A DNA stretch of 64,000 nt from Phoronis australis (taxonomy: Eukaryota > Animalia > Phoronida): positions 7,929 to 71,928 of the forward strand of contig NMRA01000883.1 of the NCBI GenBank assembly GCA_002633005.1, read 5' to 3'. Made by a program: the position numbers and the translations under genes. Positions 13,500-23,067 of this stretch are shown piece by piece; the first letter of the stretch is position 1, and each line of letters opens with the position of its first letter. The notes beneath the pieces are model-generated. The model was not told the DNA's origin, did no database searches, and saw nothing but the letters and a program-made list of their open reading frames with translations.

Positions 13500-15700
13500 T
13501 TTAGGAATCTTCAAGTGGTTTTGATGCAAAGCGATAAAAGCGGAGGACAGTGTCAAGGTGAAAGATTCATTGGCAATTACAGGCAAATGGAAAACCACTG
13601 GTCAGAGTCATTCCGTGGACGTTATATAGCCGCCAGTGTCCCAATAACTTCACTTTTGAAGTGGTATGGCTGGATAATGTTATCATTTTGCTATCTGCGT
13701 GCATTTTGTTGTGATTGACACAAGTGAAAAATGGGAGATTTTCGAGTAGCAATGGGGGCTGACAACATGGAACCAGCTACCAGTGAGAAGATATTTCACC
13801 TGCGCAGTGGGAGGCACGGAGGAACGTACTTGAATAAGTGTATGTGACTAGTTGTGAGAAGTCTAAAAAGTGAATTCATAATACTTCCCAGTCCTCCAGA
13901 GGGCAAAGATACATGTATCCTGTTCCACGTGATCAGCTGTTACTTGACTATATAAATGCCTCATGTTGGAAGCATGATCCACTGCAGAGGTCATGTGAAA
14001 GAAGTGAGGATGATAAAGGCTGCTTTCAGTATAAAGTCCATAAGTACACGACAAGTATTGTATTGTAGCTCCTGTTTTTCCATGACTTCTCATCAGACAA
14101 ACAATATACAGCATATAAACTTTGAAACTCCGTTCAAAATATAACTTCATGCACGTTGGATTCTAACTGCTAAGTCTTCGAGGTGCTTTAATAGCAAGAC
14201 CACCAACTTTCTAAGGCAAAATCACATCAGAGATATCTAAATGTGGTATTTGATCAAAGTGCAAATGGACTGGCTCAAATAGGAGACTCCTATGTTAGTT
14301 GTTCCAAATACAAGTGATCTCGCTTTCATGTACCTCCTCATCCCATACGGTACACCTAACTCCCCAGTCTGTATATACAATGTTGGACCACTTTAAAGTA
14401 AAAGGTGACGTTTAATGCGACTAGAATATGGTTTAACACTCATTGCCTGGTTAATTTTTACAAACTACCATGGAAACAACGTGTTCTTTGATCAAAATGC
14501 CAGTGAATTGGTTCAAGTATGACATTCCTAATGTTTACCTTTCAAAATATAGGGCCCCTCCCTTAATTTGTCATCACATATACTACAAGAAACTAGCCAG
14601 TCTGCCTAAATCACTACCTTTCCTTAAGCTTGCACATAAGTTAACACTCAGATAAGGCTTCGCTTTTCAGTTAAGTGAGATTGAGTGCAATATGAATTTG
14701 AAAGATGACAACTGAAATACCAGCATCTTTAAATAAACTGGACATCAATGTTTCAACCAGAACACTAACTAAACATCCTAAATTTTACTGACAAAATCAT
14801 AGCAAGTGTTGCTATATTGTATTTTACATTTACCTCAGTTTCTACAATATCACATTGATAACAACTGGTTAAATCACTCAGACAACCCAACAGATTGTAT
14901 AATGTTTGAACAAAGATGAAATCCGGAGTATTACTGGACATCACTGACTGTCAAGTTCATTATCTCCTTTATTTGACCATTTTCCAGCGCGGTTCAAGGC
15001 AGCCAAGCGTGAAAAGAAACCTTTATCCTGTTGTAGTGTCAGCCAGCCTTCCTCCCGAAACAGCTTATCCGTTTTCATCGCCTGTGCAGTTTTTGCCGGG
15101 TCTGCTTCGTTGTTCTACTTTCTGAAAAATGACAGGCAGGTTGTAACACTCTCTAATTATACACTTTTTGCAGAGCTTTGTTGAGCCCAGCCACTACACA
15201 GGTGTGACTGCCGCTGAGTGATCCAATGATTTTAGCTGAAATAATTCATTTGACCCATGGAGTGTAATATGTAAAACCACCATAAGTACATAGTGTACAA
15301 CAAGAAAAAACGCTGTGGGTACTTCATTTATTTTTGCCAGTTTGTTCCGATTCCTTTGGACATCAAATGAATATCATATCCAGACAACAAATGTCAACAT
15401 AGTGGTACTCATAAAACATAACGACACGCTACGATTTCCAGAATTACATAATTCACTGACTGCTGAAGTGAAAAGAAATTCCGGCACGCAGGTTGTCAGT
15501 TAAAATTGGAATTTATAATGCTATAACTACAGCACTCATCAATATATCTATAGAAAAAATACTTCCTGTAATGAACAAAAACGAAGATTTATAACAACAA
15601 TATCGGTTGTTGAAAAGTGAAAACAATGATATTGCATTTTCCGCTTGCAACAAGTACAGGCCGCTAGATGCACATAATCTCCGACTAAACTTACAACTAA
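13500..15700 (-). mobile_element. Highly decayed LINE relic (putative ORF1 C-terminus and APE endonuclease)
   Basis: Weak remnants on the minus strand: GRKAG*HYNRIKV (ORF1-like), DFVSK...LVET, LSCTYGLY...SAVDH (endonuclease-like). Confidence 0.35.
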
Positions 15701-15775
15701 CGCAAGACGCCACTAGTAAGTGGACTGAATAGCTCTAGGCTAGCCTAGACTCCAACAACGGCGACAGGGCAGGTA

Positions 15776-16083
15776 TGTTGTAATAAAAAGGGAGGGGGTC
15801 GGCTGCCTAAGCAGGCACACAGGTTCGGGCCTATTAACGCGGTGCCAGGGAAAAGTCCGAAGTATACTCACATTACGTCCGCACAGGACGGCAGCGAACT
15901 CCAGAAGACCCAGACGATCTTGTCACGTGGTCTTGAAGGGTGACTGGTCAGGAGATAGAAGGGTGACCTTGGCTGGGGTCTTCTGGCGTTAGATGTCGCA
16001 CCAGGCCAAGACCAACATTGTTAACAAAAGGACATCACAACATAGAGACGCCACAGCCGAGACTGACGTCGACATTTACTACA
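15776..16083 (-). repeat. 3' LTR (308 bp)
   Basis: TGTTGTAATA...ATTTACTACA; matches 20060-20361 with ~16 substitutions and two small indels by eye. Confidence 0.95.
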
Positions 16084-16097
16084 TTCCTCCCTTCCCT
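16084..16097 (-). other. Polypurine tract
   Basis: Minus strand AGGGAAGGGAGGAA directly abuts the 3' LTR. Confidence 0.9.
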
Positions 16098-16737
16098 AAA
16101 GAAAAGGAGTGGAGCCCTTATAGCAAATGGGGAACGTCATTCCCAACATATAAACATAAACCCTTGACCTAAGACAACAGTGACAAGACTTTAAACCCTA
16201 TAACTAACATGATAAGGAGTGACCATGTAAAGTAAGAATTAATGGTTAAAATGTAATCCAACTATTCTCCCCCACTACCAAAAAACAAATACTAATAAGA
16301 CACACAGTCATAGCATATATCCATTATACAGGTAGTAGTCGAACATGACTAAAAAAAGAAAAAAAAGAAAATATGCTCCACTAATACCAGTACCAGGGAG
16401 CATAGAATTTCTGGACTATGCTATGACAACACTCTGATTGTTGGTGATGACCCGGCGAGAGAATATATACATTTTTTTAAAAAAAAGCTAAAAAACTGAA
16501 CAACAAAAGCATACTGGCCATAAAATGAGTATTCATTACTTTAGTAGTGATGTACCGAGATATAAAATGATATAGTCTTTCATAACATATATAGACTATA
16601 TAGAAAACTTAACTTAATATACCAAAATAAACTATTTAGTAACAACTAATACATAATACTATAGGAAGTATAGTCTTGAATATATAAAGACTATATATAT
16701 AGTATGAAAACTTATAACAAACATATACTGCATAGTT

Positions 16738-17439
16738 TTAACGAATAAACACTATTTTTAAAAAATATTGGACCAGTACGCCACTTAACTGGAACTTTAG
16801 AAACTGCTGCACATGACCGGCGAAGCCGAAGTGGCAGTTTCTAAAGAACCCCGTCCACAGGAGTACATCCTCGGGCGCACCTCCAAAACAATGGAGATTC
16901 AAACCCAAGTCTGCATCACAGTGGCCCTTCAGGAGATCAAAGAAAAAGTCTTGTCCCTCCATGAAGCGTGGATTGTCGGGGGAACCACGAAGGTGGATCA
17001 CCACGACTTTGTTTTTGGAGCTGGGGGAGCAGGCCCGAACCTCCGCAAAGATCCGCACCATCTCCTCCAAAACCTCTTTTTGGATGGCCAAGTCCTCCCG
17101 GGCCTTCATACCGACCTCGCCTAGGCCAGCTATAAAGGGCTCCTTTAGTAGCTGGGGGAGACGCTCCAGAACACCGGGATTCGTTTTTCCCACCCGTTTG
17201 GGGTGGATGCCCACCACAGCCTTCCAGCCATGTGGGAAACGGGAAGCCTCAACGCACTTCCAGTTTTGCACATCGCAGAAAACTGCAATCCCACCAACCA
17301 ACCGCACAGGTTTTTGAGAAACCTGCGGCAGCTGGGTGCTGAGCATCTGGTCAATCGTCAGCATCCTAGTCTCAGTGATATGACGCTGAGCCCAGGATGC
17401 CGACAAGCGATCCCGATGGAAGTGGGCATCTATAGCCAA
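16738..17439 (-). CDS. tatD: TatD-family metal-dependent DNase (TIM barrel), C-terminally truncated, inside the LTR element
   Basis: Ordered TatD motifs AIDAHFH (HxH), VGIHP, GLGEVG (catalytic Glu), VVIHLR, LHCFGG, HFGFAG; final LLETD motif absent; no ATG at its start. Confidence 0.85.
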   Translation of the reverse strand: MAIDAHFHRDRLSASWAQRHITETRMLTIDQMLSTQLPQVSQKPVRLVGGIAVFCDVQNWKCVEASRFPHGWKAVVGIHPKRVGKTNPGVLERLPQLLKEPFIAGLGEVGMKAREDLAIQKEVLEEMVRIFAEVRACSPSSKNKVVVIHLRGSPDNPRFMEGQDFFFDLLKGHCDADLGLNLHCFGGAPEDVLLWTGFFRNCHFGFAGHVQQFLKFQLSGVLVQYFLKIVFIR

Positions 17440-18110
17440 AACAGGAGGTGGTCCTGATTCAGCTTTGACGCGGACGGCGAAGCCCTAGATGAACGTCGGC
17501 CCTTCAGGGGCAGGCCAGGTGGCTGGCGGGCTTTTGCCACACACGACATCCGAGGGTTTGGCGAACCAGCATCCCTCACCCTTTGTGGAAGAGTGACCTT
17601 CTGCCTCCAGTGAAGCAGACGGCCAGCCTGTTGGTGTAGGGTGTTACCAGAAGATGCCTCCTGAATATAAATAGTGTCCATAGGTGCATCTACAAACTCA
17701 GGAGGTGGATCCTGCAAAACGACAAGGTTGTGGGGCACCTTTGACCCCCCTGAAATGGGATCCGGAACCATGGTGTGCAAAAAATCTAATGACTCAGAAT
17801 TAGCAACAACCTGGGTACTAGAAACAGTTTTACCATCCAACTCAGACTTATCTATCAAATTAACCGGATCTAACACTGGGGTATTAATCACATCAGTGTC
17901 AGTAATGGGTAATTCAATTGGACCATTCTGGGTGAGCACAGAACTTTGGGAGGCTGGACACTCCATATCACCAACGGAATTCCGAGCACAAGTAATATCA
18001 GTAGACAAGTCAACCAAATCATGAACTACATCACAAGATCTAGCCAATACAGGTCGACCTCTCCCCCGACACTCATCGTGCACAGAAATACCTCGAGAAG
18101 AAGTGGACAA
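17430..18110 (-). CDS. Low-complexity linker ORF between gag and TatD
   Basis: 226 open codons on the element's sense strand, overlapping the TatD ORF start; D/V/S/P-rich; no DTG/DSG protease or RT motif. Confidence 0.5.
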   Translation of the reverse strand: MSTSSRGISVHDECRGRGRPVLARSCDVVHDLVDLSTDITCARNSVGDMECPASQSSVLTQNGPIELPITDTDVINTPVLDPVNLIDKSELDGKTVSSTQVVANSESLDFLHTMVPDPISGGSKVPHNLVVLQDPPPEFVDAPMDTIYIQEASSGNTLHQQAGRLLHWRQKVTLPQRVRDAGSPNPRMSCVAKARQPPGLPLKGRRSSRASPSASKLNQDHLLFWL

Positions 18111-18162
18111 ACTTCCTGCCCTAAAACAGTCAGATTAGCCGATAGGCGTTTGATGTTTTTAT

Positions 18163-18415
18163 TTAATGAACATAATAGACCATCCGTGGGACTGAATCTT
18201 TTAGTGGGGCGGTCTGAGGATACCCTACAATTCGTATCACGAGATTGGACTGGAGATAGACCTGATCGTACAGCCCCAACTCGTTTAAATCACCGGACTT
18301 ATCCCCAAAGGATGTACGACGAATTCTAGCAGACTGCGGGCTACGGCAGGCAGACTGGTAGTGACCAAACTTACCACACTTAAAACACATAACTGAAGGT
18401 CTCTGTGGGGAAGTT
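18163..18415 (-). CDS. gag: Gag C-terminal segment with CCHC zinc knuckle
   Basis: CFKCGKFGHYQSAC fits CX2CX4HX4C; joined to the upstream Gag by a -1 shift at a C8 run (~18417-18424). Confidence 0.85.
18283..18289 (-). promoter_or_regulatory. Candidate -1 ribosomal frameshift heptamer U UUA AAC
   Basis: In-frame gaT TTA AAC after the zinc knuckle; potential stem follows (TTGGGGCTG...CAGTCCAA); the -1 frame stays open for ~85 codons. Confidence 0.6.
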
Positions 18416-19238
18416 TGGGGGGGGACATAGATAGCGGAGGGGATCTAGATGGTGTTGGATTAGAATCCAACATATTTAATACCCTCGACAAATCTGAGGT
18501 AATGCCCTTAAAATTCGAATTCATAGTCTGGGACATACTTTTAAGTTCTCGATGTATAAGGGCATTGTCTTCTTTAAGACCTCCTATTTCAGAGTTGACC
18601 TTAGCCATCTGAGACTGTAAAGCATGCAGCCTAGACTCAACTGCAGAGTTTGAAGCAGAGGATACTATTGGACTGAATTTAAGTGCAGGTTTTTTGTTCT
18701 GTGAAAGCAGGTTGATAGAAGCTTCGTCCTTGCGCGATGGTGAGCTCTCGAACCAAACAGACCGACGATTTTGATTTGCCATCAATCGCTGGGTCGTTGC
18801 TAACCATGCAACTTTAGACTCTGCCTCAGCTAGGGACACAGGTGATGAGTTCATCACCTGCGTACCTACAAACTTATCGCGTAACCCAAGGGAGAAACGA
18901 AATACAAGATCTACTTTTTCTTGCTCCAAAGGGTTCGGGAAGGCTTTTAAAAACAACCTGTTTAACCTACACGCCCAGTTCTCCATAGATTCCCCCGGCT
19001 TCTGCTCGGCGTATTGGAATTCAAGGCGTAGGACCTGGGTGCAGGCAGTCGAAGAAAAATGTTCCGACATGTGTGCAACCACGTCATCGAAACCAGAATC
19101 TGGGTTCGTTCTCATGAAGTTAAGGAAGAAATGCAAGGCCACATCGTCCAAACACATTCCTAACTCCGAGACGCACTTGTCTTCCGACCATAAGTTGTCC
19201 TTAGCCAAGCGCTGATATTTCCAAAAAAATCGTCCCAT
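18285..19238 (-). CDS. gag: Gag capsid-like region plus coiled coil
   Basis: W..FF.KY..LA....WS....L...L...AL.FF, FQYAEQKPGESMENWACRL (major-homology-region-like), FSLGLRDK, PVSLAEA. Confidence 0.85.
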   Translation of the reverse strand: MGRFFWKYQRLAKDNLWSEDKCVSELGMCLDDVALHFFLNFMRTNPDSGFDDVVAHMSEHFSSTACTQVLRLEFQYAEQKPGESMENWACRLNRLFLKAFPNPLEQEKVDLVFRFSLGLRDKFVGTQVMNSSPVSLAEAESKVAWLATTQRLMANQNRRSVWFESSPSRKDEASINLLSQNKKPALKFSPIVSSASNSAVESRLHALQSQMAKVNSEIGGLKEDNALIHRELKSMSQTMNSNFKGITSDLSRVLNMLDSNPTPSRSPPLSMSPPKLPHRDLQLCVLSVVSLVTTSLPAVARSLLEFVVHPLGISPVI

Positions 19239-19711
19239 TTGCCTTTTTCCCCTTGGTAAACTAATTTGGACGGGGCATTTGGCCTTAAACTGTAGGGACG
19301 GGTGTGGGTAGACGGACCAACCGTTCGGCTACCAGAACTCTGGGCAGGCACAGGCGAAGAAGAATCCTGCTTAGTGGAGTACTTCCTTCTTACTGTAACA
19401 GGGGATTTGTTCAACCTGTCGCATGCCTGGGCAATGCCACTTAAGTCCTGGGGCAAACGGGTACGTACAGGACTACCCAGAGGAGAGGTATCTCGGGATT
19501 GAATATCACCATACTGGGTGAAATCAATGCCAGAAATAGCACTCCTCGTCAACCTCCATCCGGAATGGATGTGGTTAATATTCTCTGGGGTTATCGGCTG
19601 AGTTTGCCGAAAAGCCAGAATGGATTGGGCAATATCTTCTGTCATGCCCGAGAGCTTGAATAACTCTTGGGAAAGACAGAAGTTTACTGGAATCCTGTCT
19701 TGGAAAGACAT
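19160..19711 (-). CDS. gag: Gag N-terminal segment with ComEA-like helix-hairpin-helix domain
   Basis: ATG at 19711; RIPVNFCLSQELFKLSGMTEDIAQSILAFRQ resembles the HhH_3 pattern (ININ.A..EEL..LPGIG...A..I..YR); ends PSKLVYQGEKGKWDDFF, which continues into the Gag core after a -1 shift at a T7 run (19223-19229). Confidence 0.7.
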   Translation of the reverse strand: MSFQDRIPVNFCLSQELFKLSGMTEDIAQSILAFRQTQPITPENINHIHSGWRLTRSAISGIDFTQYGDIQSRDTSPLGSPVRTRLPQDLSGIAQACDRLNKSPVTVRRKYSTKQDSSSPVPAQSSGSRTVGPSTHTRPYSLRPNAPSKLVYQGEKGKWDDFFGNISAWLRTTYGRKTSASRS

Positions 19712-20043
19712 ACTAAACACAGGGTGCTTCGTCTTAGGAAAACCATGTGGTCACGTGACCTATTCTAGAAATTCTAGAAAGGTTCAAAACTCTAACTACA
19801 ATACAAAATAATAAATATAAACTATACTATATACAATTATACCAATAATAAATACCTATTTACAAAAACCTACAATTCCTAAATTAACGCAAAACGCTTG
19901 AAATACTCGTAAACATGAACTCAGGCACTGCAAAAGCAGTGACGCACGTGGCTGTCAAAATGGGTACGAGAAAACAAGTTATGAAAACTTATTTCCCGCC
20001 ACCACCGAAAGACACGCACGCCGCTCCAACACCGGGAAATAGG

Positions 20044-20057
20044 TGCCGACTACGCCA
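20044..20057 (-). other. Primer-binding site, tRNA-Ser
   Basis: Minus strand TGGCGTAGTCGGCA begins after a 2-nt spacer from the 5' LTR; complementary to the 3' end (...UGCCGACUACGCCA) of metazoan tRNA-Ser(AGA/UGA). Confidence 0.85.
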
Positions 20058-20059
20058 AA

Positions 20060-20361
20060 TGTTGTAATAAAGTGAGGTCGGCTGCCTAAACAGACACACA
20101 AGTTCGGGCCTATGAACGCGGTGCCAGAGAAAGTCCGGAGTATACTCACATTACGTCCGCACAGGACGGCAGCGAACTCCAGAAGACCCAGACGATCTTG
20201 TCACGTTGTCTTGAAGGGTGACTGGTCACGTGATAGAAGGGTGACCTCGGCTGGGCTCTTCTGGCGTTAGATGTCGCACCAGGCCATGACCAACATTGTT
20301 AACAAAAGGACATCACAAAATAGAGACGCCACAGCCGAGACTGACGTGGACATTTACTACA
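20060..20361 (-). repeat. 5' LTR (302 bp)
   Basis: Direct repeat of 15776-16083; followed by GGTA TSD on the plus strand. Confidence 0.95.
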
Positions 20362-20878
20362 GGTATATCATTTGCCTTTAGGAACACAAGACTGTTCATC
20401 AGTTGTTTACGGTGATGCAGGCATAGGACTACGTAATTTCACCAGTGGGTACAATAAAAAGCTCTGTCTATACTACATGTTCAAAAACAAGTACTGTTGT
20501 TACATTTTTGTGGTACATGCATGGTCACACAGTTTGTGATCTTCCTGAAAGGAGGACCAGTAACTTGCACTCCAGGATACTGTATTAGAATAACAACTGT
20601 TGTTTCTAGTGGTGCTAACTGGTTCTCAAATCATGTATCTACAAAACTGACTATTACCGCCACAATGCTATTGTGATAACCTCAAATTCAAACAAAGTAG
20701 TGGTAATACTCACCAGATCCAACAGAAAAGAACACATACATGTATGCATTGACATTGTTGAGTTCCTGCGGAAGTAAGTTGACTTTAGACATTTCAACCA
20801 GCATCCCCACTTGCAGGCTTGGCACGCGAGCTATCGCTAATAAAATGGGTGTTTGCAGAGTCTACCTGGTTTCCACAG

Positions 20879-23067
20879 CAGGGCTCGACATAACGAGCTG
20901 CAGGTCGCATTTGCGACCAGAAATTTGGAAATGCGAGCTGAGATTTTTGTCAGCTCGTATAAAGTCGCAAAATGCGACCTGGAATTTCCAACGAATGCGA
21001 GCTGAGTTTTTACACTTCTCAACAGACACCTGGCAAATACAAAGCAACTCCTGTTAATCCGACCGTTATTTGGTTGTTGCCAAATACAAGTTCAAAAGAA
21101 CACTAACCGAGAAAAGGCCTCCCGATGACTTGTAAGCAAGTCGCGTGAACATGGGATATGCAGAATCGATCTTTGACGCGTTTCATTGGCTAACACTTTC
21201 GGCCACTTTTGTAAATTCCCGGATTCGCCGAAGAAAGTTTCGGGCCAATGCTTACACGTGATAAAACTTCACAAAACAACGGTGTTTCTATTAATTCTTA
21301 AGCGATCAACTTACCAAACTTTGTGGTGGACAAAAATGCTTATTTTTCACATAAGATGTCCTTATTACATGTACCAAATATCCACGACAATATCCCTGAT
21401 ATCGCACTGCGGCACCATTAGCGCGCAAGCGGTCCCGGCAGACAATCGTGACTTAGACTGAGGTATGCTTCTCCTTTTATCGTATTAAGACAGCCAAAGT
21501 GAAAATGACAACCTTGTTAATCGCCAAACGACGGTCACGTCTTTACTTTCAATTTTCCAAGAAATTCTCAAACCCTTTACTTGTTTCTGGGGCTACGTGC
21601 GCGAAATATGATTTGTCTTTCACACGTTGTTGCCAACGTAAAGTGTAGGCCTACTCCAGCGATTCAAGTGCGTGAACTCACGCGTGCGCACCACTTCAAA
21701 GAACAGCGACAGTCCTAAATGAAAGAGTATACCGGCTTGGCTCTGGTTTATTTGAAAATGAACTCAGATTCCCAGCGGTTATAAAAGACCCGATGTCCCG
21801 GGACCGATATAACCCAGAACTAACGTTATTCTGTTCCGATGTTTCCCGAGGTCGATGTTCTGTAAACCCTGTATTCTATGCCCGTAGCCAGTTATTGCAA
21901 CTAAACTGGCACTAGATGCGAAATTGTGGTTCCAGTTAGCGAACTTTTCATTCTTCTCTTTATACGCCCCCCCCCCCGGCAACTTTTCGCTCCCCGAACC
22001 ACCGTCGCCGTAAAATGTTCAGACTTCTATAGAAACAACCTTGTTCCGGCTGAAGCGGGCAGTTAAAAAATCATTCCGGGTGGCTAAAAAGGGTACAATG
22101 TAGGTGGTAACGATATCCAGAAAGTCACCCCTACCAGATGGAGTTTGCCTCGCAAAATCGTATTATTATAATGTTTCTTACCATTGCAGCGTTTTAATAT
22201 CTTATTACCGCAAACACTGAGGTTAACGACTATGCTCACGCACAAGCCTACTCCCTACCTTTAAAGTGTTTCATAATAAGCGCTCACTGATCTATTAAAA
22301 GTCCTCCCTTAAATTTTGAGAATTTCCAATTAAGCGCCCACAGTTCAAGCTAGCGCCCATCATTGCGCACTACAAACGACCGCGTGTGGTTTAAAATTGA
22401 CACGCAGTTTATATGGTGTGTGTCACTTTCATTTTACACAACTTCAGTTTTCTAAAACGTCTTTTCACAACATGTAAAAACCAAATCCCGGCTTTGTTTT
22501 ATACCTCGGAAAGAAAATTAACACTAGTGACATGCGTGTCGTTTTGCGACTGACCTATTTTTCCCGTACTTGGAAGGTATTGAAGAGCAAACTCGCGATT
22601 ATCCGAGTTAGTTTGAATCGTTAACGACTTTGATGACGGCCAGTGAGAAGACCAGATCTAACAAAATCCCGGATACTTTTTCAACGGGCATTTTCTCCCT
22701 TTTCACATCGCAAATTTAGTTACTCGAATGCACGAGTCAGTTAGAGAGCACTGATTCAACTTTCACGTCGGCAACTTGCCTTGCGCTCTAGAGACTTTCA
22801 ATGGCGGTCGTGAAGAACAGTAAGGCCGTACCTGCATGAATGAAGTCAATTTTGAAATCCGAAATTTGTGAGTATTTAACGCTGCAGGTAAGAGCATAAT
22901 CTAAACATTTTCCCGATGATCTAAAAAATCTGTTTTGGCGCGTAAAAATGGCGGGAAAATTTTGCGACCTGGCATTTACGAATGCGAGCTGGATTTTGAA
23001 AATGCGACCTGGGATTTTGGCTAGGTCGCAAAATGCGACCTGGCAATTTTATTAGCGTCGAGCCCTG
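20879..23067. mobile_element. Non-autonomous TIR DNA transposon with 5-bp TSD (hAT5-like)
   Basis: TIR CAGGGCTCGAC / GTCGAGCCCTG; CACAG on both flanks (20874-20878, 23068-23072); subterminal TGCGACCTGG and TGCGAGCTG repeats at both ends. Confidence 0.8.

Larger units (their letters stand above)
15776..20361 (-). mobile_element. Structurally complete non-autonomous LTR retroelement (Ty3/Gypsy-like) carrying HhH-Gag and a TatD-like nuclease, no pol
   Basis: Two ~305-bp direct repeats with TG...CA ends; GGTA duplicated at 15772-15775 and 20362-20365; PBS and PPT in the correct orientation; Gag with CCHC knuckle. Confidence 0.95.

Noticed and set aside
16738-17439. TatD as bacterial contamination or a host TATDN gene
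   Set aside because: It lies between paired LTRs with a TSD, on the gag strand, in eukaryotic flanks, and has no introns
16813-18329. Several plus-strand ORFs inside the LTR element
   Set aside because: Antisense shadows of the GC-richer minus-strand coding region, with no motifs
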